Notes: generated by a model not told the origin, from the sequence alone. Positions 41,821-52,249 are shown, counted from the first letter of the stretch. The stretch: DNA of 64,000 bases from Cenarchaeum sp. (GCA_965206845.1 OZ242221.1:640001-704000); one strand, 5' to 3'. A program made the numbers and translations.

Positions 41821-42641
41821 TGGTTACAAAGAATTTACACTTGGGACCCACAGAGCTGAGACTCCTGCTGGAGCTGGAAAAGGAAGAACGGCGCATCTTT
41901 GACACGGGGGATGCGAACCGGATTCTTGGAACCGGAAGGGACTCTGTAAATACGGCCCTCTACAGGCTCGGGAGAAAGGGCAGGGTAAAGAGGATAGAGC
42001 GCGGAAAGTACATTCTGGTTCCCGCAAGGGCGGGGTACGACGGCGGGTGGGCCGAGGTGTCTCCTCTCATCGCAAGCCGCCTAACGAAGCCGTACTACAT
42101 AGGGTTTGCATCCGCGCTAAACCACTGGGGCATGACGGAGCAGGTGCCGCGCTCCACGTACATCGCCACAACCAAGAGAAAGAGGAGAACGGAACACGCA
42201 TCCCTGAGGTTTGTCTTTGTTACCCTGACGGAAGACCATTTCTTTGGAAGTACCGAAGTGGCCATAGACGGGATGCCTGTCCGCGTATCCGACATGGAGA
42301 AGACGATAGTTGACTGTCTCCTGCATCCGGAGTACTGTGGAGGGCTTGACGAGGTCTCCAAGGGATTGTGGGAATCGTGGGAGGATCTGGACAAGGCCAA
42401 ACTGCTGGAGTATGCGGAGAGGACCGGTGTCGGGACCGTAAAGAGGAGACTCCTCTACCTGCTGGATGTCCTCAAACTGAACGATGCGGCAACGGAAGAT
42501 GCCTTGAAAGGGGTGCAAGGAATGAACGGCCGGGTGTGGCTTGATCCCATGTGGAGCAAGACCGCGCTCCGAATTTCCAAAAAGTACAACCTTATCATAA
42601 ACAGAAGCAGTGAATCGCTTACTAGATGGAGGGGATACTGA
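41820..42641 (+). CDS. abiEi: Type IV TA antitoxin, AbiEi family
   Basis: N-terminal wHTH (RL..KG...RIERGKY), SAL.HWG.TEQVP and EKTIVD motifs. Confidence 0.9.
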   Translation: MVTKNLHLGPTELRLLLELEKEERRIFDTGDANRILGTGRDSVNTALYRLGRKGRVKRIERGKYILVPARAGYDGGWAEVSPLIASRLTKPYYIGFASALNHWGMTEQVPRSTYIATTKRKRRTEHASLRFVFVTLTEDHFFGSTEVAIDGMPVRVSDMEKTIVDCLLHPEYCGGLDEVSKGLWESWEDLDKAKLLEYAERTGVGTVKRRLLYLLDVLKLNDAATEDALKGVQGMNGRVWLDPMWSKTALRISKKYNLIINRSSESLTRWRGY

Positions 42642-43430
42642 CTGATTAGCGGCAGTAGGATAAGAAGGATGGCCGGCGAGAGAGGCATCGATCCCTCAAT
42701 GCTGGAGAAGGACTACGTTCTGGGCTGGATCCTCTATGGAATCTCGGAAAGTTCGATCGGGCAGAGGCTCGCTTTCAAGGGAGGTACCGCCCTTTCCAAG
42801 GTATACTATCCCGGAGAATGGAGGTTCTCCGAGGATCTTGACTTTACCGCACTTGACAGCTCCGAGTGGGACAGAACTGCGGATGCCCTGGGGGGAGAGG
42901 TGCCGGAGAAGGTAAGGGAGTCGTCCGGGATGGAGATCGCTCTGAGGCCCAAACTGCACACCAATCCGAGATATCTCCAAGCAAGGATGCGGTACGTCGG
43001 ACCCATTGGTCGGGGCACGGCAAAGGTGGACATAACGAGGGAGGGGTTCTTGGGATCCGTGGAAGACGTCTCCGTTCCAGCAGCATTCGACTGTCCGGAA
43101 TTTACCGTCAGGGCCCATACTGTCGAAACCATACTGGCGGAGAAGATGCGCTCCATAATACAGCGGGGCCACGTCAGGGACTACTACGATGTGTGGAGGC
43201 TGCTGGGCGAGAGGCCAAGCCGAGGGGTGGCAGACATGTTCGTGAAAAAATGCAGGGCCGCAGGAGTAGACTATTCCGGTGTGGAACAGTTCTTTCCAGC
43301 GGACATAGAGGAGAACCTAAAGGCGTATGCAGATATTGGTCTTGCCAGACTCGCCGCGCATGATATGCCTTCCGTCGAAGAGATGCTGTCAGAGCTCAGG
43401 GCGTCACTTGAGAGGCTCCTGTCTGCTTGA
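42642..43430 (+). CDS. abiEii: Type IV TA toxin, AbiEii nucleotidyltransferase
   Basis: EKDY, FKGGTAL, RFSEDLDF, AEK and RDYYD motifs. Start is CTG 42642 or ATG 42669. Confidence 0.92.
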   Translation: MISGSRIRRMAGERGIDPSMLEKDYVLGWILYGISESSIGQRLAFKGGTALSKVYYPGEWRFSEDLDFTALDSSEWDRTADALGGEVPEKVRESSGMEIALRPKLHTNPRYLQARMRYVGPIGRGTAKVDITREGFLGSVEDVSVPAAFDCPEFTVRAHTVETILAEKMRSIIQRGHVRDYYDVWRLLGERPSRGVADMFVKKCRAAGVDYSGVEQFFPADIEENLKAYADIGLARLAAHDMPSVEEMLSELRASLERLLSA

Positions 43431-43454
43431 AGGCGCCAGGACACATCCCGGGCG

Positions 43455-43469
43455 CGAATCCCATCAGAC
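43455..43469 (+). repeat. att-like direct repeat of the tRNA-Lys 3' end
   Basis: CGAATCCCATCAGAC is identical to 41230-41244. Confidence 0.75.
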
Positions 43470-43618
43470 TCATTTCCTGCCTTGCCTGTCCCAGACATGC
43501 CTCTGCCACACCCCATTCCGGGTCTCTCCGACTCCCGTTGCCCCTTGACGGTGGAGCCGGATTCGCAATATGTGATGCGGCCATGGTATAATAGCGCCGA
43601 AGGCGCATTTGATGGCAG

Positions 43619-44584
43619 TTGAAGATGGACTCTCCGACAGCGCTGGGAATCGCAGCGGCCGCAGTGTTGTGCACCTTTGCGGCATTCCTTGCGTACGGTT
43701 CGGGAGGCGTTCCAGATCATGTTCCACAGGAGGACGGGATCACCAAGGACGGGGAAGCGCTGCTCGCCATGGTAGAAATGGCGGACGCGTACAGGGACGG
43801 CGGGCAGGACGCGGCGGCAGAGGAGCAGGAAGAGGCGTTCCAGCAGAAGTTGGCGGAGGTCGCGCGCAATCGACTCGGCGTGGAAATATCGTCGGCAAAC
43901 GCCTATCTTTTCTTCCCGGATCTGCCGGATCCGGCGATGCGTCCCGGCCAGATCTGCGGCTCCGCGGCGGGCATACCGGCCCACCTTGAGAAGGTGCGCG
44001 GGGCCGGGTGGTTCATGGCGTACATGGAAAAGTACTCTTCCTATACGATCCAGATGCACCTGAACGACGAGCGGCCCGAGCTCGGGTTCCACTACGGGTT
44101 CACGGCGGCCTCCGGCGATGGCGAGCACGCCACCACGTACTTCCACGTGGACACATGCACCGGCGAGGTGATCGATCCGGACAGCTACCGGCTGACGTGC
44201 CGCGACGGAGGGAGCGACTATGTGCTCAGCACATCAAACTACGACGACACGGTAGCGAGCTTGGAACTGGAAGAGTTCTGCGACATACCGCTGGATCCGT
44301 GGCGCCAAGATCTGTACGATTACTCCGTAGAGGAAGGCGAGGCAGCATGGGATCTGCTCGCAGAAGATCCGGAAGACTACGAATCGTTCATAGCGCGCGA
44401 GCGAGAGTTCGACCAGCTCAACTTGCTGAGCGAACTGGCGCGCATGGCATACTCCAACAACTTCGGAGACGCGGAGATCCAAGAGCGCATGCTGGAATAC
44501 TGCGGCAGGTTCGGCCCCCTGCCGGAAGACTTGGCGGATCTCATGGAGGGCGGCGGACCAGGCAGGAGCCTGTCCGCGTGCTGA
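43619..44584 (+). CDS. Secreted or membrane-anchored acidic hypothetical protein
   Basis: Signal-like N-terminus, Asp/Glu-rich, several Cys, gene-like codon use. Confidence 0.75.
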   Translation: MKMDSPTALGIAAAAVLCTFAAFLAYGSGGVPDHVPQEDGITKDGEALLAMVEMADAYRDGGQDAAAEEQEEAFQQKLAEVARNRLGVEISSANAYLFFPDLPDPAMRPGQICGSAAGIPAHLEKVRGAGWFMAYMEKYSSYTIQMHLNDERPELGFHYGFTAASGDGEHATTYFHVDTCTGEVIDPDSYRLTCRDGGSDYVLSTSNYDDTVASLELEEFCDIPLDPWRQDLYDYSVEEGEAAWDLLAEDPEDYESFIAREREFDQLNLLSELARMAYSNNFGDAEIQERMLEYCGRFGPLPEDLADLMEGGGPGRSLSAC

Positions 44585-45019
44585 GGCGCGCCGGCACCCT
44601 GCCTGCACGGGACGGTGCCACCAATAGGCGGCACGATACCGGGCGGGCCACAACATCAGGCCCATTAAGCCGACGCTGTCGACACCCCGCCCGGAGGCGT
44701 CTTGTGCTGGAGCCTTGAAATTTCCCCGCATCCACGTGTGTGGCATGTAACAGGCGCACCAGGCCTCCTTTGCTCCGGGTCGTGGTGATCCGACCCGGAG
44801 CACATCTTGCATTAGACTCTATGCGCAGTGGCCAAAATGATCCGATCATTTTCCACGCATAGCAGAAGTTTTCACGAAAATGCAGATCCTCAGCCTTGAT
44901 CAACCGTTTCAGGCCAAGCCAGCCTCATACGAACCGAATGGATCAGGGCGCGACAGTGCCACTGCGTGACGCCTCGAAGCGGTGACGGGGATGGAGGCAG
45001 CAGCCCAAGACCGGAGTCT

Positions 45020-45200
45020 GGAAGCAGGTTCATGCCCGGCACCAGCGAGGAGAGGCTGGGGAGGATGGCTGGAAGGGAGAAGAATCCGCGCGCAAAGCTC
45101 AGGCTCTTGGCGTGCCGCCTGCTTTCCCTGTTGGGCCGCGTGGTGCAGGGATTTGCATGCGGCACGCCGGGTACGAGAAGGCGCCGTTCCCGCATCCCCA
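45020..45200 (+). pseudogene. IS630-like transposase N-terminal relic
   Basis: FMPGTSEERLGRMAGREKNPRAKLRLLAC resembles IS630 N-termini. Boundaries approximate. Confidence 0.5.
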
Positions 45201-45407
45201 GGCGTCAGGCAGGAAACAACAGCCTGTATTCGGCGCAGATTCGCTACCGGACAAGGAATGGAACCCATTCGCGCGGAAGGGATCGCAGACGGAGCCGGCA
45301 ACCCCAGACAGGCCTCGATAACGCAAAGGAGCCCACGAAAGCCCGGATTCCCTGCAGTGGGGTGTCCGCTGGCACGGCCGATGGCGCCGGTTCCGCAGTA
45401 CCGCCGG

Positions 45408-46334
45408 CTACCTTGAGACCAGGCATCCGAGCCTGTATATGTTGGCAAGGACATCGCCGGCGATGATCACCGCCGGTGTGACCGCGCCATTCTTCTCCAT
45501 CAGCCCCGGAACCAGCAGGGCCTTGTCCTCAAGCCTGTCGATGGCGGATTCGGCCGGATTCCCGGGCGTTCCGAACCTGTTGCCAAGATCCAGGTGCCTT
45601 GCCGTTCCGCCCAACTCGACGACCTGCCTCAGGCATTCCCTCTCGTCGTTGGGGAGGCCCTGCACGATCGCGCGCAGCCTGTCGGATAAGAGCAGGGACG
45701 AGACCGCCCTAGCCTTCTCCGTCATGCTCATGCCGGCGTGGTCTATGTTCAGGCAAGCGCACATGGAGGTGATCGAGTCTTGCGGGCAGTCCCTGATCAT
45801 GGAGTGGATCCCGTAGATCCGTCCGCCCGGGCGCGAGAGCACGGTGACCGGCTCTATGAACACCTCCCCGCACATGGTGTGGGTTCCGTCCGCATCCCAC
45901 GGATGCATTAGCCCCGTAAAGAACGATCCCTCCTCCAGGGCCTCGATCTCCGGCAGCAGCCGGATTCTGTACGTTCCGCCCCCGCTGGTGGACGCTGCCG
46001 TGATGGTCTTGGCATCCATGTGCAGCACTACAAAGCGGTCATAGGCCATCTCCTTTGCCTGGAGCAGCTTTGGCGCAAGATCCCCGTCGTCCACGAACCT
46101 CTCCACGAACTCGTCTAGAATGGTGGTTCCCGTCCGAGGGTTGACCTGCTTGCAGGCAAACCAGATTGACACCTGGCTGTACCTGCGCTCCTCGTTATCG
46201 TCGTTGATGGTGTAGGGGTACTCCGGGATGGCCTTCGTTATGACGTCGTCGTAGTTCCAGAGCGCGAAGTTCAGGAGGCGGTCGAGAAAGTTCTCCTCGG
46301 TAACCTCCAGATACTGCCGTATCCTTGATAGCAT
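45408..46334 (-). CDS. Hypothetical two-domain protein, paralogue of 46610-47158
   Basis: Shared WF..KQ..P.TG.T.LDEFVERFV and GL.HPW motifs, plus an extra helical/wHTH-like C-terminal domain. Start inferred from alignment with the paralogue. Confidence 0.75.
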   Translation of the reverse strand: MLSRIRQYLEVTEENFLDRLLNFALWNYDDVITKAIPEYPYTINDDNEERRYSQVSIWFACKQVNPRTGTTILDEFVERFVDDGDLAPKLLQAKEMAYDRFVVLHMDAKTITAASTSGGGTYRIRLLPEIEALEEGSFFTGLMHPWDADGTHTMCGEVFIEPVTVLSRPGGRIYGIHSMIRDCPQDSITSMCACLNIDHAGMSMTEKARAVSSLLLSDRLRAIVQGLPNDERECLRQVVELGGTARHLDLGNRFGTPGNPAESAIDRLEDKALLVPGLMEKNGAVTPAVIIAGDVLANIYRLGCLVSR

Positions 46335-46609
46335 TTGATTTCTGTCAGGCACTGCGCAAGCATGCTTTGAGCCCATCAATAACTTTTGCCGCGCCATCGT
46401 GGCGGCAGGCCGCGCGGGAACTCTGGCACCGAGCCCCGCGCCGTCTTTCGGATACGGAGTCGGATCGCGCATGCCCAAACCGGCGGGAGGCTGCCGGATC
46501 GCGCCAGCCGGGAGCCCGGGGCACGGCCAGTCGGGTCACCGTAGGGCGCCGGCCGCCGCCTCCCGCTCCACACACAGTTGGATCCCCTGCTGACACTCCG
46601 GTCGGCCTC

Positions 46610-47158
46610 TCAGAACCGCCGCGCATCCCTGCGATCGGGGGGCATGACAACAGTGAGTATGCCGCACGCCTTGTGCGTCCCGTTCTTCATCCACGGGTGT
46701 ATCAGTCCAAAGATGGTGGTTCCGCGCGTGTACCTGTCGGCAGCCATCTTGCTGACCATTATCTTGTACGTTCTGCGCCTCTTCTCAGCCCTTGCGACGA
46801 TGACCCTATACATCCTGATCTCGTTGTCGTCCCCGATGACTCTGATCTTCTTGCCCTTCGTCTCCAGTACGTGGAAGGCGTCGTAGAAGAGATCCTTTAT
46901 CTGCAGGATCTTTGCCGCGAGCTTTTCGTCTCTCACGAACCTCTCGACGAACTCGTCGAGCACCGTCTCTCCCGTCTCCGGCCTGATCTGCTTGTAGGCA
47001 AACCACGTGATGAACTGCTTGTACGCCAGCAGATCGTCGTCAAATTCGAGGCTGTACGGGCACTTGCCGCACCAGTCAGCCATGGTGTCGCCGTAGACCG
47101 CCAGCGCATAGTCGTGGACATGCTGCTCAAGGTTCCCCTCCGTAATCTTTGGAATCAT
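46610..47158 (-). CDS. Hypothetical protein (single-domain paralogue)
   Basis: Same motifs as its neighbour, with an upstream AAAAAGATATTT promoter-like site. Confidence 0.75.
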   Translation of the reverse strand: MIPKITEGNLEQHVHDYALAVYGDTMADWCGKCPYSLEFDDDLLAYKQFITWFAYKQIRPETGETVLDEFVERFVRDEKLAAKILQIKDLFYDAFHVLETKGKKIRVIGDDNEIRMYRVIVARAEKRRRTYKIMVSKMAADRYTRGTTIFGLIHPWMKNGTHKACGILTVVMPPDRRDARRF

Positions 47159-47209
47159 GCCGCACCTCCGGACTCCACAGAAATATCTTTTTGCACCTGC
47201 TCGGCTGTG

Positions 47210-48245
47210 TGTAGTATATGGAAGTTATGTCCGCTAGTCATTGGAGCCTGCCTCCATCCATTTTGGGTCTTTTTTCCTGATCGCTTCTGTTGCCTTTTTG
47301 GTAAAGAACGCCTTGAGTGGGGTCTCATAGTTGTCGATGTCCAACGAAAAGTGTAGTCTTCTCTCGTTGTAGTACTTGATATAACTGGACAGGCTCTCGT
47401 AGTGAAAGATCTCCCCTATGCTTCTGTGGAACCGTTCCAGCTTGCCGTTTGCCTGCGGGTGGTACGGTCTGGAGTTGATCAGCTCGATGCCCCTGTCCAG
47501 GAGCTCGCTCTCAAACGCGGTCGGCTGCCAGGATCTTTTTGGCTCCTTTCTGCGAACACCGACAAAACAGGACCCGTTGTCCGAGAGTATCGTGGCCGGG
47601 GTTCCGACACTTTTAATTGCCTGCCGGAGCACTGCCACGGCGTTCTCCGATGTGGCCTCCGTGAACAGGGCTGCCCCGGTCACGCGCCTGGAAGCATCGT
47701 CAAGAAACGTTATCAAATTGAGTCCTCTGAAGCGTGGATCCTTCATTATGTGCCAGTCCGTATGCCACATGGAGTTGGAGTGCCTCCTCTCGTAGCGTAT
47801 CCATTTTCTCTTTCTGGACTTTACAGCCGACGGGGTCACCAGTCCGTTCCCCTTCATTATCCTGCATATGCTGCTGTAGCTTATAACGTGGTCTTTCCGC
47901 AGGCGCCTCGCCATGCGCAGCACGCCGGCCGGCTCCCGCTTGTGCTCCTCAAGCACCATCCGTATCTCGTCCGTGGTGGGCTGCACTGGCTTCCTTCCCG
48001 GGCGACGCGGCACATGCGGGGTGCCCGTCCTGCAGAACCCGGCCCACAGCCTCCTGACATGCTGGGCGTCACACCCAGTTCTGATGCCATCGTGGACGCG
48101 CTTTTGCCCTTCTTGCGCCGTCTTATCGCGTATCGTATGGCATCCGCCGTCAGTCGCTTTACCACTTCTTTTTTGATCGGTAAGGGGCAAAGTAATCCTT
48201 TACGCTACGCCTGATCTTAGGCGGACATAATTGTCGTACAATAGA
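47210..48245 (-). mobile_element. IS481-family element, degenerate
   Basis: 25-bp imperfect TIR (TGTAG...TTATGTCCGC, about 18/25). TSD not intact. Confidence 0.75.
47234..48165 (-). pseudogene. IS481/rve transposase, frameshifted near 48065
   Basis: The HTH frame (..ASELGVTP) shifts to QHVRRLW. WHTD, SDNG and PQANGKLER motifs follow. Confidence 0.85.
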
Positions 48246-48248
48246 GCT

Positions 48249-48287
48249 TGGTGTAATTTTCTTGGAACGAACTTTGGCGTGTCGCTA
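48249..48287 (-). repeat. IS630-type end relic
   Basis: Reverse complement of TAGCGACACGCCAAAGTTCGTTCCAAGAAAA, matching 37027, with a TA flank. Confidence 0.75.
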
Positions 48288-48329
48288 TAGTTCCATCACC
48301 CGCGTTTTACGAAGAACCTCATTGCCTGT

Positions 48330-48539
48330 TTAACTGCCAGATGGCCCCTTACCTCTCTTGCCAAATTTCATCTTTATGGCAATAGCTGGTATTACAAAGA
48401 GTGCCATCAGAGCCACAAAGGTGAGAAAAGTATGAGCACCCCTTACACCATCGATCAGAGCAACAACCACTCCAACAGAGAGCAGCAAGATAGCCAGCAA
48501 AATAAGAAAAACAGCTCTCGGACTCATCCTTTTAACCAT
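48330..48539 (-). CDS. Small 2-TM membrane protein (low GC)
   Basis: Two hydrophobic helices and a basic tail. Confidence 0.6.
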   Translation of the reverse strand: MVKRMSPRAVFLILLAILLLSVGVVVALIDGVRGAHTFLTFVALMALFVIPAIAIKMKFGKRGKGPSGS

Positions 48540-48851
48540 CCTTCCTACGATTCGCCTGTTATTCTGTTTTGTTATTTTTTGGGGCTGTCAAGATGCAGGT
48601 GCATGGATCAAGGTGTTGAACCGGGTGCATGACGGAGTCCTTTCGGGCCACGCGGGAGAGCGAACATGACGGTGTATACCGCCACATCTCCAGGGCGCAA
48701 AGCCCGCATTACTTTGCTAGCTGAGCAGGGTGTCGATCCAGCTAGGGTGGAGAAATAGTAAGAATGCTGCCGGACGCTTCAACCGCACTTACCGCATCCA
48801 GGCATTCCTCCGGCATCCTCAATCACATCTGTGACAGCTCGTCCGATCTGC

Positions 48852-50315
48852 CTATCCAACCAGCTGGCTTACGGCAGACGAGAGATCTGCCAGGGCACCT
48901 GCCACGTGGTCGCTGCGCCTGCGCACCTCCTCCTGGTGGACCTTGACGCGTCCGAGCCTGTCCTGTATCATGCGCTTCTGCTCTGCAAACCCGGAAGATC
49001 CCTCGGATATCCTGTCTTCCAGTGACGACGATACGGTTGTCGATGCTGCGATCTGGAGTATGGCCTGCGGATCTGCGCCCGTGCCGTCTACTGCCTCCCG
49101 GATCTCCTGCAGGGACAGACCAGATAGATCTTTCTTTAGCGCCACTGCCTTCTGCACCAGCAGGCCCGTCACCCTGTGGGCAAGTCTGAAGGGCATTCCC
49201 TGCAGTACCATCTTCTCTGCAACGTCCAGTGCGACCAGGTGGCCCCCCCTTGCGGCCCTCTGCATGCCCTCTTCATTGACCGTCATGCCGGTGAGCGCAG
49301 ACCCCACCAGAATTACGGCGTGCGTGGCAGCATCTGATGAGCTCCACACCCGGGACTTGATCTGCTGCAGGTCGCGCCCGTACCCGGTGGCGAGCCCCTT
49401 GGTGGACGCAAGGACGGTCACCAGGTTCCCGATGACCTCGGATGCCTTTGCCCTTGTGAGCTCCAGCATGTCCGGGTTCTTCTTCTGGGGCATAATGCTT
49501 GACGGGGACGCAGACTCGTCTGACAGCTCGATAAAGGAGAACTCCGAGGAGGACCATATCACCAGATCCTCAGACAGTCGGCTCAGGCCCGTCATCAGGA
49601 CTGCCAGGGCCGCCACATACTCGGCCGCAAAGTCCCTGGAGCTGGTGGCGTCAATCGAGTTCTCCACCAGCCCGTCAAATCCCAGCAGCTCCGCGGTACG
49701 CCTCCTGTCTATGCGGATGCTGGTTCCGCCCACCGGCCCGGCGCCCAGCGGGCTTTTGTTGATCCTGCCGTATACGGAGTGCAGCCTGTCCATGTCCCGG
49801 AGCAGCACATCTGCCTGCGCCAGAAGGTAATGGGACAGGGTTCCTGCCTGAGCCTGCTGCAGGTGCGTGTACAGCGGCATTATGCTCCTCTGGTGCCTCT
49901 CCGCCAACGAGAGCAGGGAATCTACGGTATCGGCCAGGCAGGCGCACAGCGTATTGATGTCATCCCGGATCTTCATCCGCATGTCAAGGGCCACCTGGTC
50001 GTTCCGGGAGCGGGCGGTGTGCATCTTGCCGCCGCTCTGCATTCCTGCCTTTTTGATTACTGCCGCCTCGATATACTCGTGGATGTCCTCTGCGCCGGTA
50101 TCGCCATCCGTGCCGACGCCCTTCAGGCCCTCCAGCGCCGCAAGAATTCCTGCCGCCTCGTTCCTGGATATGATGCCGCCCTCGCAGAGCATCACCACAT
50201 GCGCCTGGCTTCCAAGGATGTCGTACAGTGCGATCGCCTCGTCCTCGGACATTGAAGAGACATATCTGAGAATCACATCATCCAGACTGCCTGCAAGTCG
50301 GGAACGATACACCAC
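48852..50315 (-). CDS. argH: Argininosuccinate lyase
   Basis: EDIH, HTARSRNDQ, YTHLQQAQ and SSIMPQKKNPD motifs. Confidence 0.96.
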   Translation of the reverse strand: MVYRSRLAGSLDDVILRYVSSMSEDEAIALYDILGSQAHVVMLCEGGIISRNEAAGILAALEGLKGVGTDGDTGAEDIHEYIEAAVIKKAGMQSGGKMHTARSRNDQVALDMRMKIRDDINTLCACLADTVDSLLSLAERHQRSIMPLYTHLQQAQAGTLSHYLLAQADVLLRDMDRLHSVYGRINKSPLGAGPVGGTSIRIDRRRTAELLGFDGLVENSIDATSSRDFAAEYVAALAVLMTGLSRLSEDLVIWSSSEFSFIELSDESASPSSIMPQKKNPDMLELTRAKASEVIGNLVTVLASTKGLATGYGRDLQQIKSRVWSSSDAATHAVILVGSALTGMTVNEEGMQRAARGGHLVALDVAEKMVLQGMPFRLAHRVTGLLVQKAVALKKDLSGLSLQEIREAVDGTGADPQAILQIAASTTVSSSLEDRISEGSSGFAEQKRMIQDRLGRVKVHQEEVRRRSDHVAGALADLSSAVSQLVG

Positions 50316-50362
50316 TTAACCTCTAAAATGGTTTTATATATAGCATATACGCCCTGACGCGC

Positions 50363-50683
50363 ATGTCACAGGAGACAAGACAGCTGAAGATGAAGATCTT
50401 CGACGAGCTCTCCAAGATCGTCGACCCCGAGATAAACACCCCGATCACAGATCTGGAGCTCATCGACGAGGTCGACATAGACGGATCCAGCATCAAGGTT
50501 GACCTGCACCTCACCAGCCCGTTCTGCCCGGCGGTGTTCGGATTTAAGATATGCCAGGACGTCCACGACAACCTGCTGGGCGTCGATGGGATCGACGATG
50601 TTCAGGTAAACGTGTCAAACCACTTTATGGCAGAGCAGATAAACAACCAGGTAAACAACAGCCCGAATCCGAAGAAGAAGTAA
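50363..50683 (+). CDS. DUF59/SufT-like Fe-S assembly protein
   Basis: IVDPEI and LTSPFCP motifs. Confidence 0.88.
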   Translation: MSQETRQLKMKIFDELSKIVDPEINTPITDLELIDEVDIDGSSIKVDLHLTSPFCPAVFGFKICQDVHDNLLGVDGIDDVQVNVSNHFMAEQINNQVNNSPNPKKK

Positions 50684-50686
50684 ACC

Positions 50687-51472
50687 CTATCTGAATCCCA
50701 AAAGGTATCCCCGAAGCAGCTGTATTCCCATTGCCGGATCAACCCCCTTGGGGCACACCTGGCTGCACGAGCCTGCAAAGTGGCACCGCCATATACCGTG
50801 GGAGTCGTCTATGATCCTCAGCCGCTGATCCTTTCCCTTGTCGCGGTTGTCCGCCACGTAGCGGTACGCCTGCGCAAGCGCCTGCGGCCCGACAAACGCA
50901 GAATCCGTGGTCATTGTGGGGCACGCCGAGTTGCACAGGCCGCACTTGATGCATCCTGCAAACTGCACAAACTTTTCGTACTCCTCAGGAGTCTGCAGGG
51001 TCTCCTTTGCGCCCTGCGGCAGTTCGGCATCATCAGATATGACATAGGGCTTGATCTTTTTGTGGCTGGCAAAGAGCCTGTCAAAGCCCACCGTCAGATC
51101 CCGGATTATGGGAAAGTTGTTCATGGGCTCCACCGTAACCACGTCGGAGTTCAGCTCGTCCACCTTGGTAAAGCACGCAAGGCGCGGCCTGCCGTTTATC
51201 ACCATGCCGCACGAGCCGCATGTGGCCTGCCTGCACGAGTACCTCACCGCCACCGAGTGATCCAGGTACTTCTTTACCTCCAGTATGGCATCAAGTACCG
51301 TGGTCCACTTCTCCACATGCACGTCATACTCTGCAAAGCTCTTCTTGGAGTCGACGCTGGGATTGTACCTTGCTATGCGCAACACGACGACGCGCGAGGA
51401 GGAAGACGCCGCTTCTGACCTGGCTGCCGGATGAGCCACCGGTGACCGCGTCGGCACTATGGCTACGTTCAT
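50687..51472 (-). CDS. sdhB: Succinate dehydrogenase Fe-S subunit
   Basis: SCRQATCGSC, CIKCGLCNSACP and CHFAGSCSQVCP motifs. Confidence 0.95.
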   Translation of the reverse strand: MNVAIVPTRSPVAHPAARSEAASSSSRVVVLRIARYNPSVDSKKSFAEYDVHVEKWTTVLDAILEVKKYLDHSVAVRYSCRQATCGSCGMVINGRPRLACFTKVDELNSDVVTVEPMNNFPIIRDLTVGFDRLFASHKKIKPYVISDDAELPQGAKETLQTPEEYEKFVQFAGCIKCGLCNSACPTMTTDSAFVGPQALAQAYRYVADNRDKGKDQRLRIIDDSHGIWRCHFAGSCSQVCPKGVDPAMGIQLLRGYLLGFR

Positions 51473-51828
51473 CCGACCATCCCCATGCTTGCCAGAAGGA
51501 TTGTCCTGGAGCCATACGCAATAACTGCGATCATTGCAGCCACGCACCCGTACGAGACGGTCTTCTCATACGCACGCCCCTGCTTGAGCTCCAACAGAAC
51601 CACGCGCAGCCCGTTGAAGCCGTGCACCGACAGCAGTATCAGTATGATCTCAAGCATTCCCGCATAGGGCAGGAACTCATAGTTTGCAATCACGCTCTCA
51701 TACGAGAGCGACTCGGAGAATCCCTGGGTCATCCGAAACAGTATGTGTACCGCAACCAGGGCAACGGACGCCAATGCAGTGCCATAGTGTATCTTCATTA
51801 TGTGACTCTCTCTCATCTCACTCACCAA
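51469..51828 (-). CDS. sdhD: Succinate dehydrogenase membrane anchor
   Basis: TM helices, HGFNGLRV motif and operon position. Confidence 0.85.
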   Translation of the reverse strand: MVSEMRESHIMKIHYGTALASVALVAVHILFRMTQGFSESLSYESVIANYEFLPYAGMLEIILILLSVHGFNGLRVVLLELKQGRAYEKTVSYGCVAAMIAVIAYGSRTILLASMGMVG

Positions 51829-52249
51829 ACATTACCGTCAGGCCGTACAGCATCGCTACTGCGGCCAGCACTATGGCCGAGTATATCATAATCTTGTGGC
51901 GCGCGTTCTGGGACTGCGGGACGTACGGATAGTCAGGCCTTCCCGGCCTGCCGACGCCGACGCCGCCGTGGCCCAGCATGACCCTGATTCCGTTCACCGT
52001 GTGAAAGACGCACATTCCTATCACCACGGCCAGGACGACATGCCCCTCGGTGCTCTGCGTCAGCTCCAGAAACTCTTCCCAGCCGGCCTTCCCCTGCAGT
52101 ATGTTGCTGGTCTCGTATATGTGGGCCACAAAGTAGGCCAGCAGCCCCAGACCGGTCAGCCTCATCAGCCAGTAGGCAACCCGCTCGATGCCGTAGCGGC
52201 CGGGGTTTGCCATCCCCCTAATTCCCTCCCTGTTCTCGTCTACAGTCAT
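51818..52249 (-). CDS. sdhC: Succinate dehydrogenase cytochrome b subunit
   Basis: RLTG and FHTVNGIR motifs. Confidence 0.88.
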   Translation of the reverse strand: MTVDENREGIRGMANPGRYGIERVAYWLMRLTGLGLLAYFVAHIYETSNILQGKAGWEEFLELTQSTEGHVVLAVVIGMCVFHTVNGIRVMLGHGGVGVGRPGRPDYPYVPQSQNARHKIMIYSAIVLAAVAMLYGLTVMFGE

